A stretch of DNA of 64,000 bases, taken from the NCBI GenBank assembly GCA_050084985.1, contig JBITNC010000002.1, positions 11,594,001-11,658,000 on the forward strand, written 5' to 3'. Of the stretch, positions 38,601-51,768 are shown piece by piece; position 1 is the stretch's first letter, and every line of letters begins with the position of its first letter. The stretch comes from Nageia nagi (lineage: Eukaryota > Plantae > Pinophyta). Position numbers and translations under genes: made by a program. The notes beneath the pieces are model-generated. The model made no database searches. It was not told where the DNA came from and was given only the letters and a program-made list of their open reading frames with translations.

Positions 38601-39596
38601 ATCAAGGAAGAGATGTGGTCTTAATTCTCCTTTATGTGGATGATCTTCTCATAACTGATAATAATATTGAAATCATCCAAGAGTGCATATCCAAACTGAA
38701 GGCAACATTTGAAATGATTGATCTAGGTCTATTGCATTACTATCTTGGGATGCAAGTATACCAACACAAAGATTGTACTTATCTTAGTCAATCTACATAT
38801 ATATAAGACATCTTGCAAAAGTTTGGAATGGAGGAGTGTAGATATGCTGCAATACCTGTTTCTCCTAGAATCGTTGTATCTCTGAGCTTAGATTCTCAGT
38901 TGGCTGATGCTACAGCTTATAGGCAATTGATCGGTAGTCTTCTATATCTAACTATCTCTCGACCTGATATTGCCTTTGCAGTGAATCTGATGGCACGATT
39001 CATGCAAAAACCATATGTTGAATACCTTAATGTTGTTAAGCAAATCTTGAGGTATGTGGTAGGGATAAAGGATCTTGCTCTTAAGTATTCCAAAGTGCCC
39101 TCGATTGTTCTCTCTGGGTTCTTAAATTTTGATTATGGGGGAGATAGAGATGACAAAAAATCAACCTCTGCATATGTGTTCAGCATTGGTTCAGGTGCTA
39201 TCTCTTGGGCTTCCAAGAAGCAACCTACTATGACTCTTTCTACCACTGAAGCTGAATATCAAGCCATGTCTGTTGCTGCCCAAGAAGCTATTTGGCTGAG
39301 GCATCTTCTGAACGAAATTGGGTATAAGCAAAATAGCCCATCTCTTATTTCTTCAGACAATCAATCGGCTATCTCTTTGGCTAAGAATCTTGTGTTCCAT
39401 CAAAGAACCAAACATGCAGAAATCCAAGCCCATTTTATCATGGAAGGTTCTAGATGACATCATACACTTGGAGTATTGTCCATCTACTGAAAAATTCGCT
39501 GATTTATTCACCAAGCCCCTTCTTGAAGCTCAGTTCAGCAAGCTTAGGGATTCTTTCGGGTTGGTGAAGTTGCCCTCAAGGGGGAGTGAAGTTTGA
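35689..39596 (+). pseudogene. Copia gag-pol polyprotein, disrupted
   Basis: Gag, Zn knuckle, WIVDSGCTNHM (PR), LWHQRLGH, integrase, YVDDLL (RT) and RNase H. About 6 in-frame stops and 2 frameshifts. Confidence 0.95.
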
Positions 39597-39671
39597 ACTT
39601 TTGTTAGTGATGATGACTTCACCTCTAAGAGGCTCTTTTGTTGTTGTTATATAGTGTGTGTTGATTATGAT

Positions 39672-40232
39672 ATACCTCCGTGGTAAGTTTGCTCTGCGTG
39701 ACAAACTTGTTGTACATTTTATACCTCCGTGGTAAGTTTGCTCTGTGTGACAAACTTATTGTACATTTTATACCTCCGTGGTAAGTTTGCTCTGCGTGAT
39801 AAACTTCTTGTACATTTTATACCTCCGTGGTAAGTTTGCTCTACGTGACAAACTTCTTGTACATTTTTATACCTTCATGGTAAGTTTGCTCTGCGTGATA
39901 AACTTGTTGTACATTTTATACCTCCATGGTAAGTTTGCTCTATGTGACAAACTTGTTGTACATTTTATACCTCCATGGTAAGTTTGCTCTGCATGATAAA
40001 CTTGTTGTACATTTTATACCTCTGTGGTAAGTTTGCTCTGCATGACAAACTTGTTGTACATTTTTATACCTCCGTGGTAAGTTTGCTCTATGTGACAAAC
40101 TTGTTGTACAATTTTTTAAGCATATAATTAATATACCTCCATGGTAAGTTCGCTCTACGTGAGGAACTTGTTGTACATTTTATACCTCTGTGGTAAGTTT
40201 GCTCTGTGTGAGAAACTTGTTGTACAATTTTT
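39672..40232. repeat. 49-bp tandem repeat, about 11 copies, in the copia 3' UTR
   Basis: Unit ATACCTCCGTGGTAAGTTTGCTCTGCGTGACAAACTTGTTGTACATTTT starts at 39672, 39721, 39770 and onward. Confidence 0.95.
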
Positions 40233-42841
40233 ATGCTCCATTAATAATCAACACATGTCTATATATAACAGGTGACTATGAGTGATGGCTTGGCATCTCT
40301 GTGATGACTTATAGTGCACCATTGATCAGTTATTTATAAGATGGCATTATTTGATTCTCTTATTTGAATATATGATGCATCTAACTGATTTTGTTCATGA
40401 GTTGCTTGTAGCATGCAGGATCTTCTTCAGAAATGCAGGTTACTCACCTTGTGTAAGCAAGCTCATGGAGACTCACATGTCAGCTTAAAGTTGATTGACT
40501 ACTATGTACAGTGAAACCAGTTGTGGTTAATGATTGTATTGTAAACCATTTTATCAAATGGTAATGTAGTGAGTCTCAAACTAGTTCTCAAAAAGATTCT
40601 CAAATATGTAAATGTTCTCATCTCCACTTGTATCTCTATGGAGGAGAACTCTCTCTTACTCTCTCTCTTCTCTCTTCTACGCTCTATCCCAATATTGCAT
40701 TAAGGGGGAGTGTTAGAATTTGTAATGAAATATTGTGAATATCTAAACTCCTTGTAAATTTAATTAATCACTTAAAGGATATGTAGATACCTTAAGGGAT
40801 TAATTGAATTCTTTATGTAGACTTTGACCTTGCCATGGGGTTAGTTGGTAGGTTAAAGTTAGGTAATACATTTATTGTAACCCTAACCTTACCCTTGGGT
40901 TAAAGGGAGGTTAGGGAGGTGCTCTCATGCTAATAAATAGAGGGCCTCTCCTCTTGTAACATAACTAAGATTTGGAGTAAGATTACTCTACTAGTTTGTG
41001 TAGGAGAGAAAGAGAATTGTAGTAAGAGGTGCATAGATTGAGAATTGAGAACTAGTTGTGGATGTACTCCCAAGGAGGGAGGAACCACATTATATTGGTG
41101 TTATCTTGTGTGAATGGTGTTATTAGCTTATAGATGTTGAATGATAGTTTCCTATAGTCTTGGACCTTGAAGATTAGTGTAGTTCTAATTCCTTCAATTT
41201 GGATGTGAGGAACATCATAACTTTCTTCAAAGTGCTCCATGATTATTTGGGAAGAGAGGATTATTCTTAGAAAAATAAAACTAGCTTCAACTTAAAAAAG
41301 CATATATAATGTTGGCTCTAGTTTGGGTTTCCCTTTCACATCTCCCTTTTGACCTATAACATTAGAAAGTTTTTGAAGGGATTGCAGATTCGTTCAACAA
41401 ATATGTCACAATAGATATAAAGTAACAAAATCTCATACAAGAATGGTGGCAGCCAAATTTGATCTTTGTGGGGGTAAAGCAATGTTGAAGGGTGGTAAAA
41501 AAGGATTCTCATCAAAATTTGATCATTTGGTAAATGGAATGCAAGTAAATTTTGATCTTTGTGGGGGTAAAGCAACGGTGAAGGGTGGTAAAAAAGGATT
41601 CTCATCTCTTGGAATATGAGGGGTTAAATCCCCCCTCTACATGTAGGCTTCTATGCAATGACTGTAGGAAGTGGAAGATTGATATTTTGATGTTGTAGGA
41701 AATAATATATATATATATATAGGTCACCAAACAACTAATTTAGAATGAGGCTAGACTAAAATTTATCGAGTAAGGAAAATTTGGAGGAATAATGACACTA
41801 TCGAACTTGCAGAAATACAAAGGTGAGATAGTTTGTTCTTCTATTAATTTGTTATATGTTTTATTAGTTGATAAAGAAGTTAGAACCAAACTCCATGTCC
41901 TAAATATCTATGCACCCACTAAATTAATGGGATGAAGAACATTGTGGGGAAAGATTGAAGAATTAATTAGCAACAATGTTACAGCAAAATGGATCCTCAC
42001 TAGAGATTTCAACAATCCAATGAGCTCAATTGAAAAACTAGGGGATATCTGGACACACCCCAAATTGAAGTAATGAATGACTTTTGAAATTTTGTTACTA
42101 ATGTAGGCCTCATTGATTTGAAATTACATGGTAGTAAATACACATGCACCAATTGATAGGAAATAAGGATCTTGTCATGAGTAGGTTGTACATAATTTTG
42201 GTTTCAAAATCCTGGGCTCAACTAGTTTCAAATTATATACTAAAATCCTTATGAAGAATAGGCTTATATCACAAGACTTTGATGCTCAAAATAAAATATC
42301 GTTTGATTTGAGAATATGTGTTTAGAACACTCTGATCTTGAACCAAATAATCGTGAATGGTGGAACGTGATTGTCCATGGTTCCCAAATACTTGAAATTA
42401 CAAAGAAACTGAATCATATAAAAATGAAATTGAAAACTTGGAATAAAGAAGTGTTTAGTTTTATTTAGGAAGAAAATATCCACATCAAAGGGAAAATTGA
42501 GGAGATTAATAACCAAATCAATGCTAAAATTTTGAGTTACAAGAGAAGAAAAAGAAACTCTTTGTAAATTTCATTCCATTCTCTTTAAGGAAGACAAGCA
42601 TCGAAAACATAAATCTAGGGTGACCTAGTTGCAAGCTAGTGACCGTAACATTCACTTTTTGAAACTTACTACTTTCAATAATTGGTTAGATAATAAGATT
42701 TGTGAAATAAAAAATGAACATGGGAACCTAACACAAGATCTTATGGAAATTTGGTCAGTTGGAGTGTACTTTTTTAGAAGTTATTATCATTGGAGGAAGA
42801 GGCTAAATGAAAGGGAAATGGTGGATGTACTAGAGCATATC

Positions 42842-43611
42842 AATTTTAGTCCCCCTCTCCTAAGATAGGAACTGAGACCTTGGGATCAATTTCAAGAGAC
42901 CTTGAAGGCCCGATAAAGTCACCTCAGCAAGCTACCCAAGCAACATTGGAAGATAGTCAAAAAGATGAGCCAATAAAAGATCATGAAAGACCTATGGAGG
43001 ACAAAAAGATAATTAAATAGGTTGGTATAAGTAGGAAAGAGTATCTTGACCATCTAAATTCATCAATTATAAAAAAGGACCAGACAACGAGTGAGGGAAA
43101 GACACCTGCACTCCTATGTTAGACTCAAATAGCTCAAACCAAAGACTCTCCTAAAGAGACCCCTGCTTCTACTAGGTCCAACCTGAGCTTAACAAGATTA
43201 TAGGTGAAACTCAGCCAAAAAAGGAGGATGTTTTACCTAAGAAGAAAGTCTATGTAGAAATGCATAACAACATATTCTTGAGTTAGATTATTCTATTCTA
43301 CAATTTAGGGTCCAAACCAGAGCAGAAGTAAAGAAGAAACAAAAGAAAGTAGCCCCTAAGAAGAGAGGAGTGAAGAAGGTCTAAGTGGTTCGTAGTCTAG
43401 TTTTAATGATATTTTATGTTGTAGTTTGATAATAGTTCAGCTTGTATTTTTGCCAAGTCTTTGTTGTATTTTAGATAATGCACAGTATCATTTTGGCTAC
43501 CATTAGGTATAGCTAGGTAGTGGTTTCTAGATATAGAAACCATTTTGCAATCAATTTTAGGATCCGACTTAAAATCCTTCATTTTGATAATATAATTTAC
43601 CCTTATTATCA
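42842..43611 (+). mobile_element. Non-LTR (TPRT-type) insertion of about 770 bp
   Basis: Flanked by a 13-bp direct repeat ACTAGAGCATATC (42829-42841 and 43612-43624). The 3' end ...TTTACCCTTATTATCAA resembles the local LINE/SINE tails. Confidence 0.75.
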
Positions 43612-43636
43612 ACTAGAGCATATCCCATGCATAATC

Positions 43637-46600
43637 TGAAGAAATTAAACTTTTCTAAATTAACTTCTAATCTTTCAAGATCTCAAGAGGGCACTTTCAA
43701 CATCAACACAATAGCATAATAACTCAAGTCAATCTCACAAATAACATAAGATATAAAGTGGTTCCTCTTTTCTTAAGAGTACATCCACTAACTAAGATCT
43801 TCTTATTCTCAAGGAACCCTCTTACAAAATCTCTTCTCTCTCACATAGACTCTAAACTTATAGGAAAGCTTGCATTATAATTGTGTAATAAGATAAAGGA
43901 GGTTTCTTCTCTTTTTATAAGAATAAACCCACTCTATTTAATCTCTTTCCTATTTTTAATCTCATACCTATTTTTAATCCTTCTCTTATTTTTATTCCCT
44001 TAATACTTTAAGGTATTTAATGATATTTTAAGTATTAAGTGAATTTACATTAAGGAGAAATATTACACAATATTACATTACAAATTCTAACACTCCCCTT
44101 AATGTAATATTGTGATAGAGCATAAAGAAAATAAGAAAGATAGAGTAAGAAAGAGTTCTCCTCCAAAGAGATACAAATGAAGATGAGAACTTTTACATCA
44201 TTAAGAAATAAGTAAGATCTTAGTTCGAGACTCATTACAATACCATTTAACAAATGGTTTACAATACAATCATCAACCACAACTGGTTTCATTGTAAGTG
44301 TAGTCGATGAACACTAAGTTGACATGTGAGCCTCGATGAGCCTTCCCACCCAAAGTAAGTAACCTGCATTCTCAAGATGAAACCTGCAAGCTACAAGCAG
44401 CTCATAAATAAGATCAGTTAGATGCATCATATAACATTCATATCAATCATAAGATAAATGAACTAAGTAATGCCATCCATAAACTGATCAATGATGCACT
44501 ATAAGTCATCACAAAGATGCCAAGCCAATACTTATAGTCATCTATTGTATATAAATCATATGTTGATCAACAATAAAAAAAGCATATGCACATATGAGTT
44601 ACTCACATATGGATAACCAAATAATTCCAAAAAGCACATACTGATTCCTCACATAGTGATAATAAAAAATAAAATGTACCATGAGTTCCCCAAATAGAGC
44701 GAACTAACCACAAAAGTGTACATTTAAATCAACACTATACAATAAAAATAGTCTCCTAGGGATGAAGTTATCATCACAGATATGAATTCAACACATGAAT
44801 TCTGACTTCACTCCCCTTTGAGGATAACTTCACTACCATAAGAAACTTTTGAAGTGTGCATAACAAAGTTTCTAAAGTGGCTAGTGAATAAATCAAGAGA
44901 GTCAAAGTTAGATGAATGGAGCCGTAGTTGTTGTATCAAGAACTTGCTCTCCAATATAATGTGCTTGGATTTGTGGTACACTATAAGTCATAACTAAGAT
45001 TTCAAGTCCATACATATAATTACCAAACAAAGGAATGTATAAACAAAGAAAAACCAAAAAAATTCAACAACTTTATTAAGAAGGAAGTAATTACAATGGA
45101 TTCAATAAGAATTCAACATTTACTCCTTTTTTGAAGGTAACTTCACTACCCCTATAGAGTTCTTAAGCTTACAGAACTGAGCTTTAGGAAGGGGCTTTGT
45201 GAACAAATTAATAGATTTTAGGACTGATTGACAATATTGGAAGTGTAGAAGACCATTCAGAACCTTCTCTTTGATGAAGTGGGCTTGGATTTCTAGATGC
45301 TTTGTTCTCTGATAGAAAATAGGATTCTTTGCCAAAGTAATAGCTGATTAATTATCTAAATAAATTTAAGATAGATGAACTTGCTCATACCTAATTTCTT
45401 TTAAAATATGCCTCAACCAAATGGCTTTCTAGGTTGCAATTGGCATTACACGATATTCAACCTCAATGGTGGAGAGAGTTATAGTAGGTTGCTTCTTGTA
45501 AGTCCAAGAGATAGCACCTGAACCAATGCTAAACACATAACCAGAGGTTGATTTTATATCATATCTATCTCCCCCATAGTTAGAATATGAGAATCTTGAG
45601 AGAACAAATGTATAAAACTTATCAAACTTGAGAGCAAGATCCTTAGTGCAAGCAACATACCTCAAAATTTGCTTAACATTGAATTGCTCAACATACAGCT
45701 TTTGCATAAAGCAAGCCATCAAATTCATGGAAAAGGTAATATATGGCCTAGAGATAGTTAAATAAAGAAGACTACCAATTAGTTTCCTATAAATCATAAC
45801 ATCTACCAATTGAGAGTTGTAACTAAGAGACAAAGTGATCCATAAGAGATTGGGATTGCAACATGCTTGTACTCCTCCATTCCAAATTTTTACTAAGATA
45901 TACTTGGATTGACTAAGATAAGTACAATCTTTGTATTGGTACATTTGCATACCAAGGTAGTAGTGCAATACACCAAGATCAGTAATTTCAAAAGTTACCT
46001 TAAGTTTGGATATGCAGTCTTGTATGAAGACTATATTATTCTCTGGTATCAATAGATAATCCACATAGAGAAGAATCAAGATCAAATCTTATCCTTGGTT
46101 GAGCACATAAAGATTTGTGTCAGAGATGCATTTAGAAAACCCATTATCCTTAAAGTATCTTGAAATCTTTTTGTACTAAGCCCATACAAAGACTTCTTTA
46201 ACTTGCACACAAAAGATTCTTTGCCTTCCACAACAAACCCTTCTAGTTAGTTCATGTAGATTTTCACATCCAATTCACCATTGAGAAAAACACTCTTGAC
46301 ATCAAGTTGTAAAACTTTCCATCCTTGAGCTGCTGAAAGAGCAATGATTACCCTAACAATAGACATCTTTGCTATTCGAGCAAAAGTTTTCTCATAATCA
46401 ACTTCGTATTTTTGAGCAAAACCTTTAGCTACTAATCTTATTTTGTATTTCTTAATCTCTCCAACTGAGTTATATTTGATCTTATAAATCCATTTGTTAC
46501 CAATCACATTTCGTTCATTGAGATAAGGAACCAAATCTCAATTTTGATTCTTCATTAGAGCCCCATACTCCACATTCATTGCATTCATCCAACACTCGTG

Positions 46601-49184
46601 CTTTGAAGCTTCTTTGTATGATGAGGGATCATTTTTGCTATCAATTTTGGCAAATAAGAATTTATTAATGGTCATGCTCCTTGTTATCTTTTGTGTTGGA
46701 GAGTTTTGTTCCTTAGGTGACAAATCCACACTGACATCCAACCAGTTGGAAGTAATAGAACAATCATCACCCTCATCAAGGTTCTTATAAGAAGCAAATT
46801 CTTCAGGTAGTTCATTGAAATTTACATCCCTTGACACAAAGATTGCACAAGAGGAAGGTTGGTATAAATTGGAACCTTTATGTTGATTTTCATATCCCAC
46901 AAAAATACATTTTTCGAATCTCTTATCCAGCTTCTTCCTTTTTTCAAGAACAACAAAGGCATAGGCATCACAACCAAAGACCCTAAAGAGAGAGATGTTA
47001 GGTTTCTTTCATGTACATGCCTCATATGGAGTTTTTCCTTCAACTGCTTTTGTAGGACACATGTTTAAGATGTAGATTGTAGTATTTACAGCTTCACCCC
47101 ATAAGAAGCTAGGAAGATCTCCCAACATACATCCTACCGTTTCTTGAATGGTTCTATTCTTTCTTTTGGCTACACCATATTGAGGAGTGCAAAGGATCGT
47201 AAACTACCTTTTGATTCCATACTTGGTATAATAATCATTGAATTCATTGCTATTATACTCACCCTCATTATCAGATCTCAACATCTTGATTTTAAATCTA
47301 GACTGATTTTCTACCAAGGCTTTGAAATCTTTGAACCTACTAAAGGTTTGATCCTTGTGTCCTAAAAGATAACCAAATTTCATCTTACCAAAGTCATTGA
47401 TGTAAGTCAAGACATAAGATGCTCCCCTAAGCGACTTAGTCAGAAACAAACCCATCAAATGTGAATGCACAAGCTAAAAACATTTAGTTGCATTTGTTGC
47501 TTTATCTTTCTCAAATATCTAGGCTATCATAAGAAATTATTTATCTAAAATATGGTTAAGCATATTTTTAGAAAGATTAAACAAATTACCTTTACCAACT
47601 TCTAAACTCATATTCATTACGTTTTCTCTAACAACTAATGCACCATTCATGAGGAAAGTTTCAAATATATAAATCAATCACTAAGGCATTTTGATCACAA
47701 GATTAAAAGCTATTCAAAAGCCTTCAAACAAATGCCTTATTTAATATGCCATAAAATAAAATTTACTTGACCATGACATCTTAACTATAGAAAGCCATAA
47801 GTCAACTTCTCTATAGAGATGTACCAATCATAAATAATGTCAACTTGACCATGCTACTAGTCAAGATGCAAATGATGGATGAAGGTAGCATTAATCCATT
47901 AACAAAGATTCAACTTCCATCAATGCATACATACACTTCCCAGTAATGAAGTAAATTGGCATTTGTCCATAATGGATAAACTTCCTACTAATGGAAGTAA
48001 AGTGGCATAAGAACCTTTCCAATTATGGAGAATGACAAACCTTTTAACTACATCAAATTTTCAACCATGGAGAAGGGTGAACCTTTTAACTACTCCATCA
48101 AAATTTGCAACCATAGAGAAGGGTGAACCTTTTAACTACATCAAAAAATTGCAACTATGGAGAAGGGTGAACCTTTTAAATACTCCATCAAAAATTTACA
48201 ACCATGGAGAAGGGTGAACCTTTTAACTACTCCATCAAAATTTGTAACCATGGAGAAGGGCAAACCTTTTAACTACTCCATCAAAAATTCACAACCATGG
48301 AGAAGGGAAAACCTTTTAACTATCTCTACACTAAGTAGAAACTTGTAAATTTAAGCTATAATAACTTATTATTGCTAAATTTAAGCTAATCTACTTTCTA
48401 TACATTAACCAATTTTACTTCAAAAAAAAATTGCAACTAATAAACTATTGTTAGTAAAACTAATGCATAGTAATAACTTAAAAAATAGAACTAACATATT
48501 AGTATAACCAAAAATATGGTAATAATATCTACTTTGAACAAATTTTGCTAAACAAATTTTATAATAAAATAACCACAAATTGGTTAGTAATAAAGCAAAA
48601 TTTGATAGTGAACAAGGTAGGAGGAAGATTATACCTCCAAGCCCTTTTTACCTGACCAAAGTAGATGGAGAAAGAAGATGAATGGACCTTTAAGGATGTT
48701 GAAGAGGAGCCTCCAAGAATTGCTTCGATACCACTTGAAAAAATTAACCCTTTCAAAATTAACTTTTAATCTCCCAAGATCTCAAGAAGGCACTTTCAAC
48801 ATCAACACAATAGCACAATAACTTAAGCCAATCTCAAATATTATAAAAGATATAAAGTGGTTCCTCCCTCCTTAGGAGTATGTCTACTAACTAAGATCTT
48901 ATTCTCAAGGACCTCTCTTACAAAATCTCCTCTCTCACACACACTCTAAACCTATAGCAAAGCTTGCATTACAATTGTGTAACAAGATAAGGGAGGGTTC
49001 TCTTTTTATAAGAAGAAACTCACTTTATATTTAATCCCTTTCCTATTTTTAATCTCATACCTATTTTTAATCATTCTCCTATTTTTATTCCCTTAATACT
49101 TAAAATATCTAATGATACTTTAAGTATTAAGTAAATTTACATTAAGGAGAAATATTACACAATATTACATTACAAATTCTAACA
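43637..49184 (-). mobile_element. Internally deleted Ty1/copia related to the 32247 element; LTRs 48736-49184 (5') and 43637-44092 (3')
   Basis: Perfect TSD TAATC, PBS at 48722-48733, PPT at 44093-44100. INT/RT/RH at 45120-47520 are highly similar to the + strand copy. Gag and PR are missing. Confidence 0.95.
48025..48322. repeat. About 45-bp tandem repeat (about 7 copies) in the leader of the minus-strand copia
   Basis: Unit ACCATGGAGAAGGGTGAACCTTTTAACTACTCCATCAAAATTTGCA. Confidence 0.9.
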
Positions 49185-51631
49185 TAATCACATAAGCACA
49201 AAATCAAAGTTTAATAAGACCTTTTTCATTTAAGAGATTGAGACTATAGTCTTCTCAATGGCACATAACAAATCTCCAAGCCTTGATGGATTTACCATTG
49301 AATTATTTTAGGCATTTTAGCATATAGTTGGCAACAATGTCTTTGAGGTTGTCTGAGAAATACAAACATCTAGCCAGATTCTTAGAGCGTGGAATTCAAC
49401 CTTCCTTTCTTTAATCTCCAAAGTCTTTAATGCTAAGAAATTCAATAACTTTCGACCTATTAGCTTATGCAATGTGATCTATAAAATTATAACCAAAATC
49501 ATGGCCAACATACTCAAACCAATATCACTAATAATCATGTCAAAAGAACAACGTGGCTTTGTATAGGGTAAACATATTTTGGATGAAATTATTGAATTAC
49601 ATGAGGTCACTTATTCAACGCAAGCTCAGAAAGAGGATACCTTCTTTCTAAAACTAGATATGCAAAAGGCATACAATCAAGTGAGTTGGACTTTCCTAGA
49701 TAAAGTTTGTGAGAAATTTGGATTCTTTGGGTTTGAACATAGATTAGCCAATTTATATCTATGGTCTCATTTTTTATGCTAATTAATAGGAAACTAGCTA
49801 GTTTTTCCCTTCCCAATGGGGGATTAAGCAAGGGTATTTGATCTTCCTACAAGATTATGTAATAAAATCGCTCAAATTTGCAAAAAAATCTTATGGACTA
49901 GAATGGAAGAAAAGAAAGATTGGCATTGGTAAGTTGGGAAAAATTTTGTAAGCCAAAAAAGGAGGGAGGTCTCGATTTGAGAAATATTAGACAATTTAAC
50001 ATGACACTTAAAAAGTAAATTAGCATGGAGACTGAGCTATGATGAGGAGAGGAATTGGATCAGAATTTGCCAAGCAAAATATTTAAAGCTTGGCATTAAT
50101 TTCCTTAAAGAAGCACAACCCTCCAAAGGATCACCATTTTGGAATGGATTGGTAAAGGTTAAGTCAATTCTATGTAATAACATCTCTTGGAAACTAGGAA
50201 ATGGAAGATAGATTCACTTTTGGGATGACCAATGGATTGGGAATTCACCTTTATATTAGGAAGATAATATTGGAAGAGTTGGCTATATGGGGTATAAATA
50301 GTTATATGAGTCACCAGAATGGAAGGAGAGTATGGAAATTTTTGCAACATCCAAACTAGAACCTTTCGAAAAAAATTAATAAAAAAACTACAATTAACCC
50401 CAATCGGTGAGGATGATGAGGTTGAGGAGTACTCGGTCTGGAAACTATGCAAAGAAATAAGTTATATAATTAAATATGAATATGAATCATTGAATGATTC
50501 AAACTCGATAGAATTCCCAAAAAAAGAAGATTTGGATCAAAGGGGTAGCACTAAAAGTATGCTACATCCCATGGATAGCTTTCAAGAACTGTGTCGTAAC
50601 CTTGGATAACCTTCAAGAAAAAGAAATGATACTTCCCAATTGATGTTCTCTTTGTCTGATGAATTTTATTGCATGTCCTTTTGCTAAAGATGTTTGAAAA
50701 AGGTATCTTTGCTATAAAATTATGTAATAAAATCCCATATAGGTTTGTAAAAATTGAATGCAAGAGGTGAAATATAATAGAATTTTGTAAATATAGATTT
50801 TGGATCCATATATAAAAAAACCTTGTTATAAATTTACCTTTAACAAAACAAAATGCTCATCTACCATCTCAACCTCTCAAGAAAGGATAGGTATTCAACC
50901 AAACCATGATACGTTTAATTATTTTAAATTTTCCAAAATTCCTTTTTCTTTTGCATAATAGCTTCTTGCAAGTTTTTTGCAAGGGCAACAATACAAGGCT
51001 TAATCAAAGTTTGTATGTTTTTTGTTTTGGAATGAGTTTGGAACTATTTTCCCTAATCATATTCTAAGAGAGGCAAATTGTAGACACTTGAAATTGCATT
51101 TTAACTATCCAAAAATGATTTTATTTAAGAGATTTAATTTATTAATGTAAAATATCAATTTGGACCCATTTTAAGTAATCCTAGGCTAAAGAAATTCTCC
51201 AAGTTGGTAGTATCTTATATGTGCAATATTTTAAATGAGCTCATCTAGATGAACCAAAAATCAAATTTGGCAAATCTATATAACTAATGTTGAATGCTCA
51301 TTTCATATCTCATGATCATAAAACAAGAAGGATCAATTATCATATGTTATCATCTATTAACACAAGATCATCAAGAACATAAAAAAGGCCAAAAGCTGAA
51401 AACAAAGGTTAAAATGAGCAACAATGTAAGAATGCCCAATGCTCTAGCATTCAATCCCAAAATGCTTTATATTCTAGTCCCTAATCCTAAAAATACCCAA
51501 CCCTTCAACACCGAAAGCCTAAAATGTGAACATTTTGACCCACACCTCAACAACTTTCATGGTTGAACCAAATCATCCAAAAATGTCCACACATTTGTTC
51601 TAACATCATCTCAAGCAAAGTTATCATTTCA

Positions 51632-51768
51632 TGTGTAGGGAAGTTGGAGAGAAGAGTAGCTAAAGTCTCTCAAGTGGGTAATGAGAGGCCCCAAGTTCAA
51701 ATCTCCCCCCTCACAAGCAAATAGATATATAACATATGGTGGCACTACCTTGTAACCTTATCAAAAAA
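51632..51768 (+). mobile_element. Candidate tRNA-derived SINE
   Basis: About 135 bp with a B-box-like AGTTCAAATC near 51694 and a CTTATCAAAAAA tail. The A-box and TSD are unclear. Confidence 0.45.

Larger units (their letters stand above)
32247..41196 (+). mobile_element. Full-length Ty1/copia retrotransposon; LTRs 32247-32731 and 40711-41196
   Basis: Near-identical LTRs (4 substitutions and 1 indel by manual comparison). Perfect TSD ATTTG, PBS TGGTATCAGAGC at 32734, PPT AAGGGGGAG at 40702. Confidence 0.97.
31851..50852 (+). mobile_element. Degenerate L1 LINE (ORF1, endonuclease, RT) interrupted by three insertions
   Basis: DUF4283-like ORF1 at 32093-32246 resumes at 41197 (AP*LFGKRGLFL). 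Endonuclease motifs LNIYAP and WILTRDFN at about 41900-42010. RT motifs KSPSLDGF, FRPISLCNVIYKII and KLDMQKAYNQVSW at 49270-49700. A-rich tail near 50850. Ends are approximate. Confidence 0.85.

Noticed and set aside
39672-40232. CRISPR-like appearance of the regular 49-bp repeats (also 48025-48322)
   Set aside because: Head-to-tail repeats with no unique spacers and no cas genes, inside a eukaryotic copia UTR.
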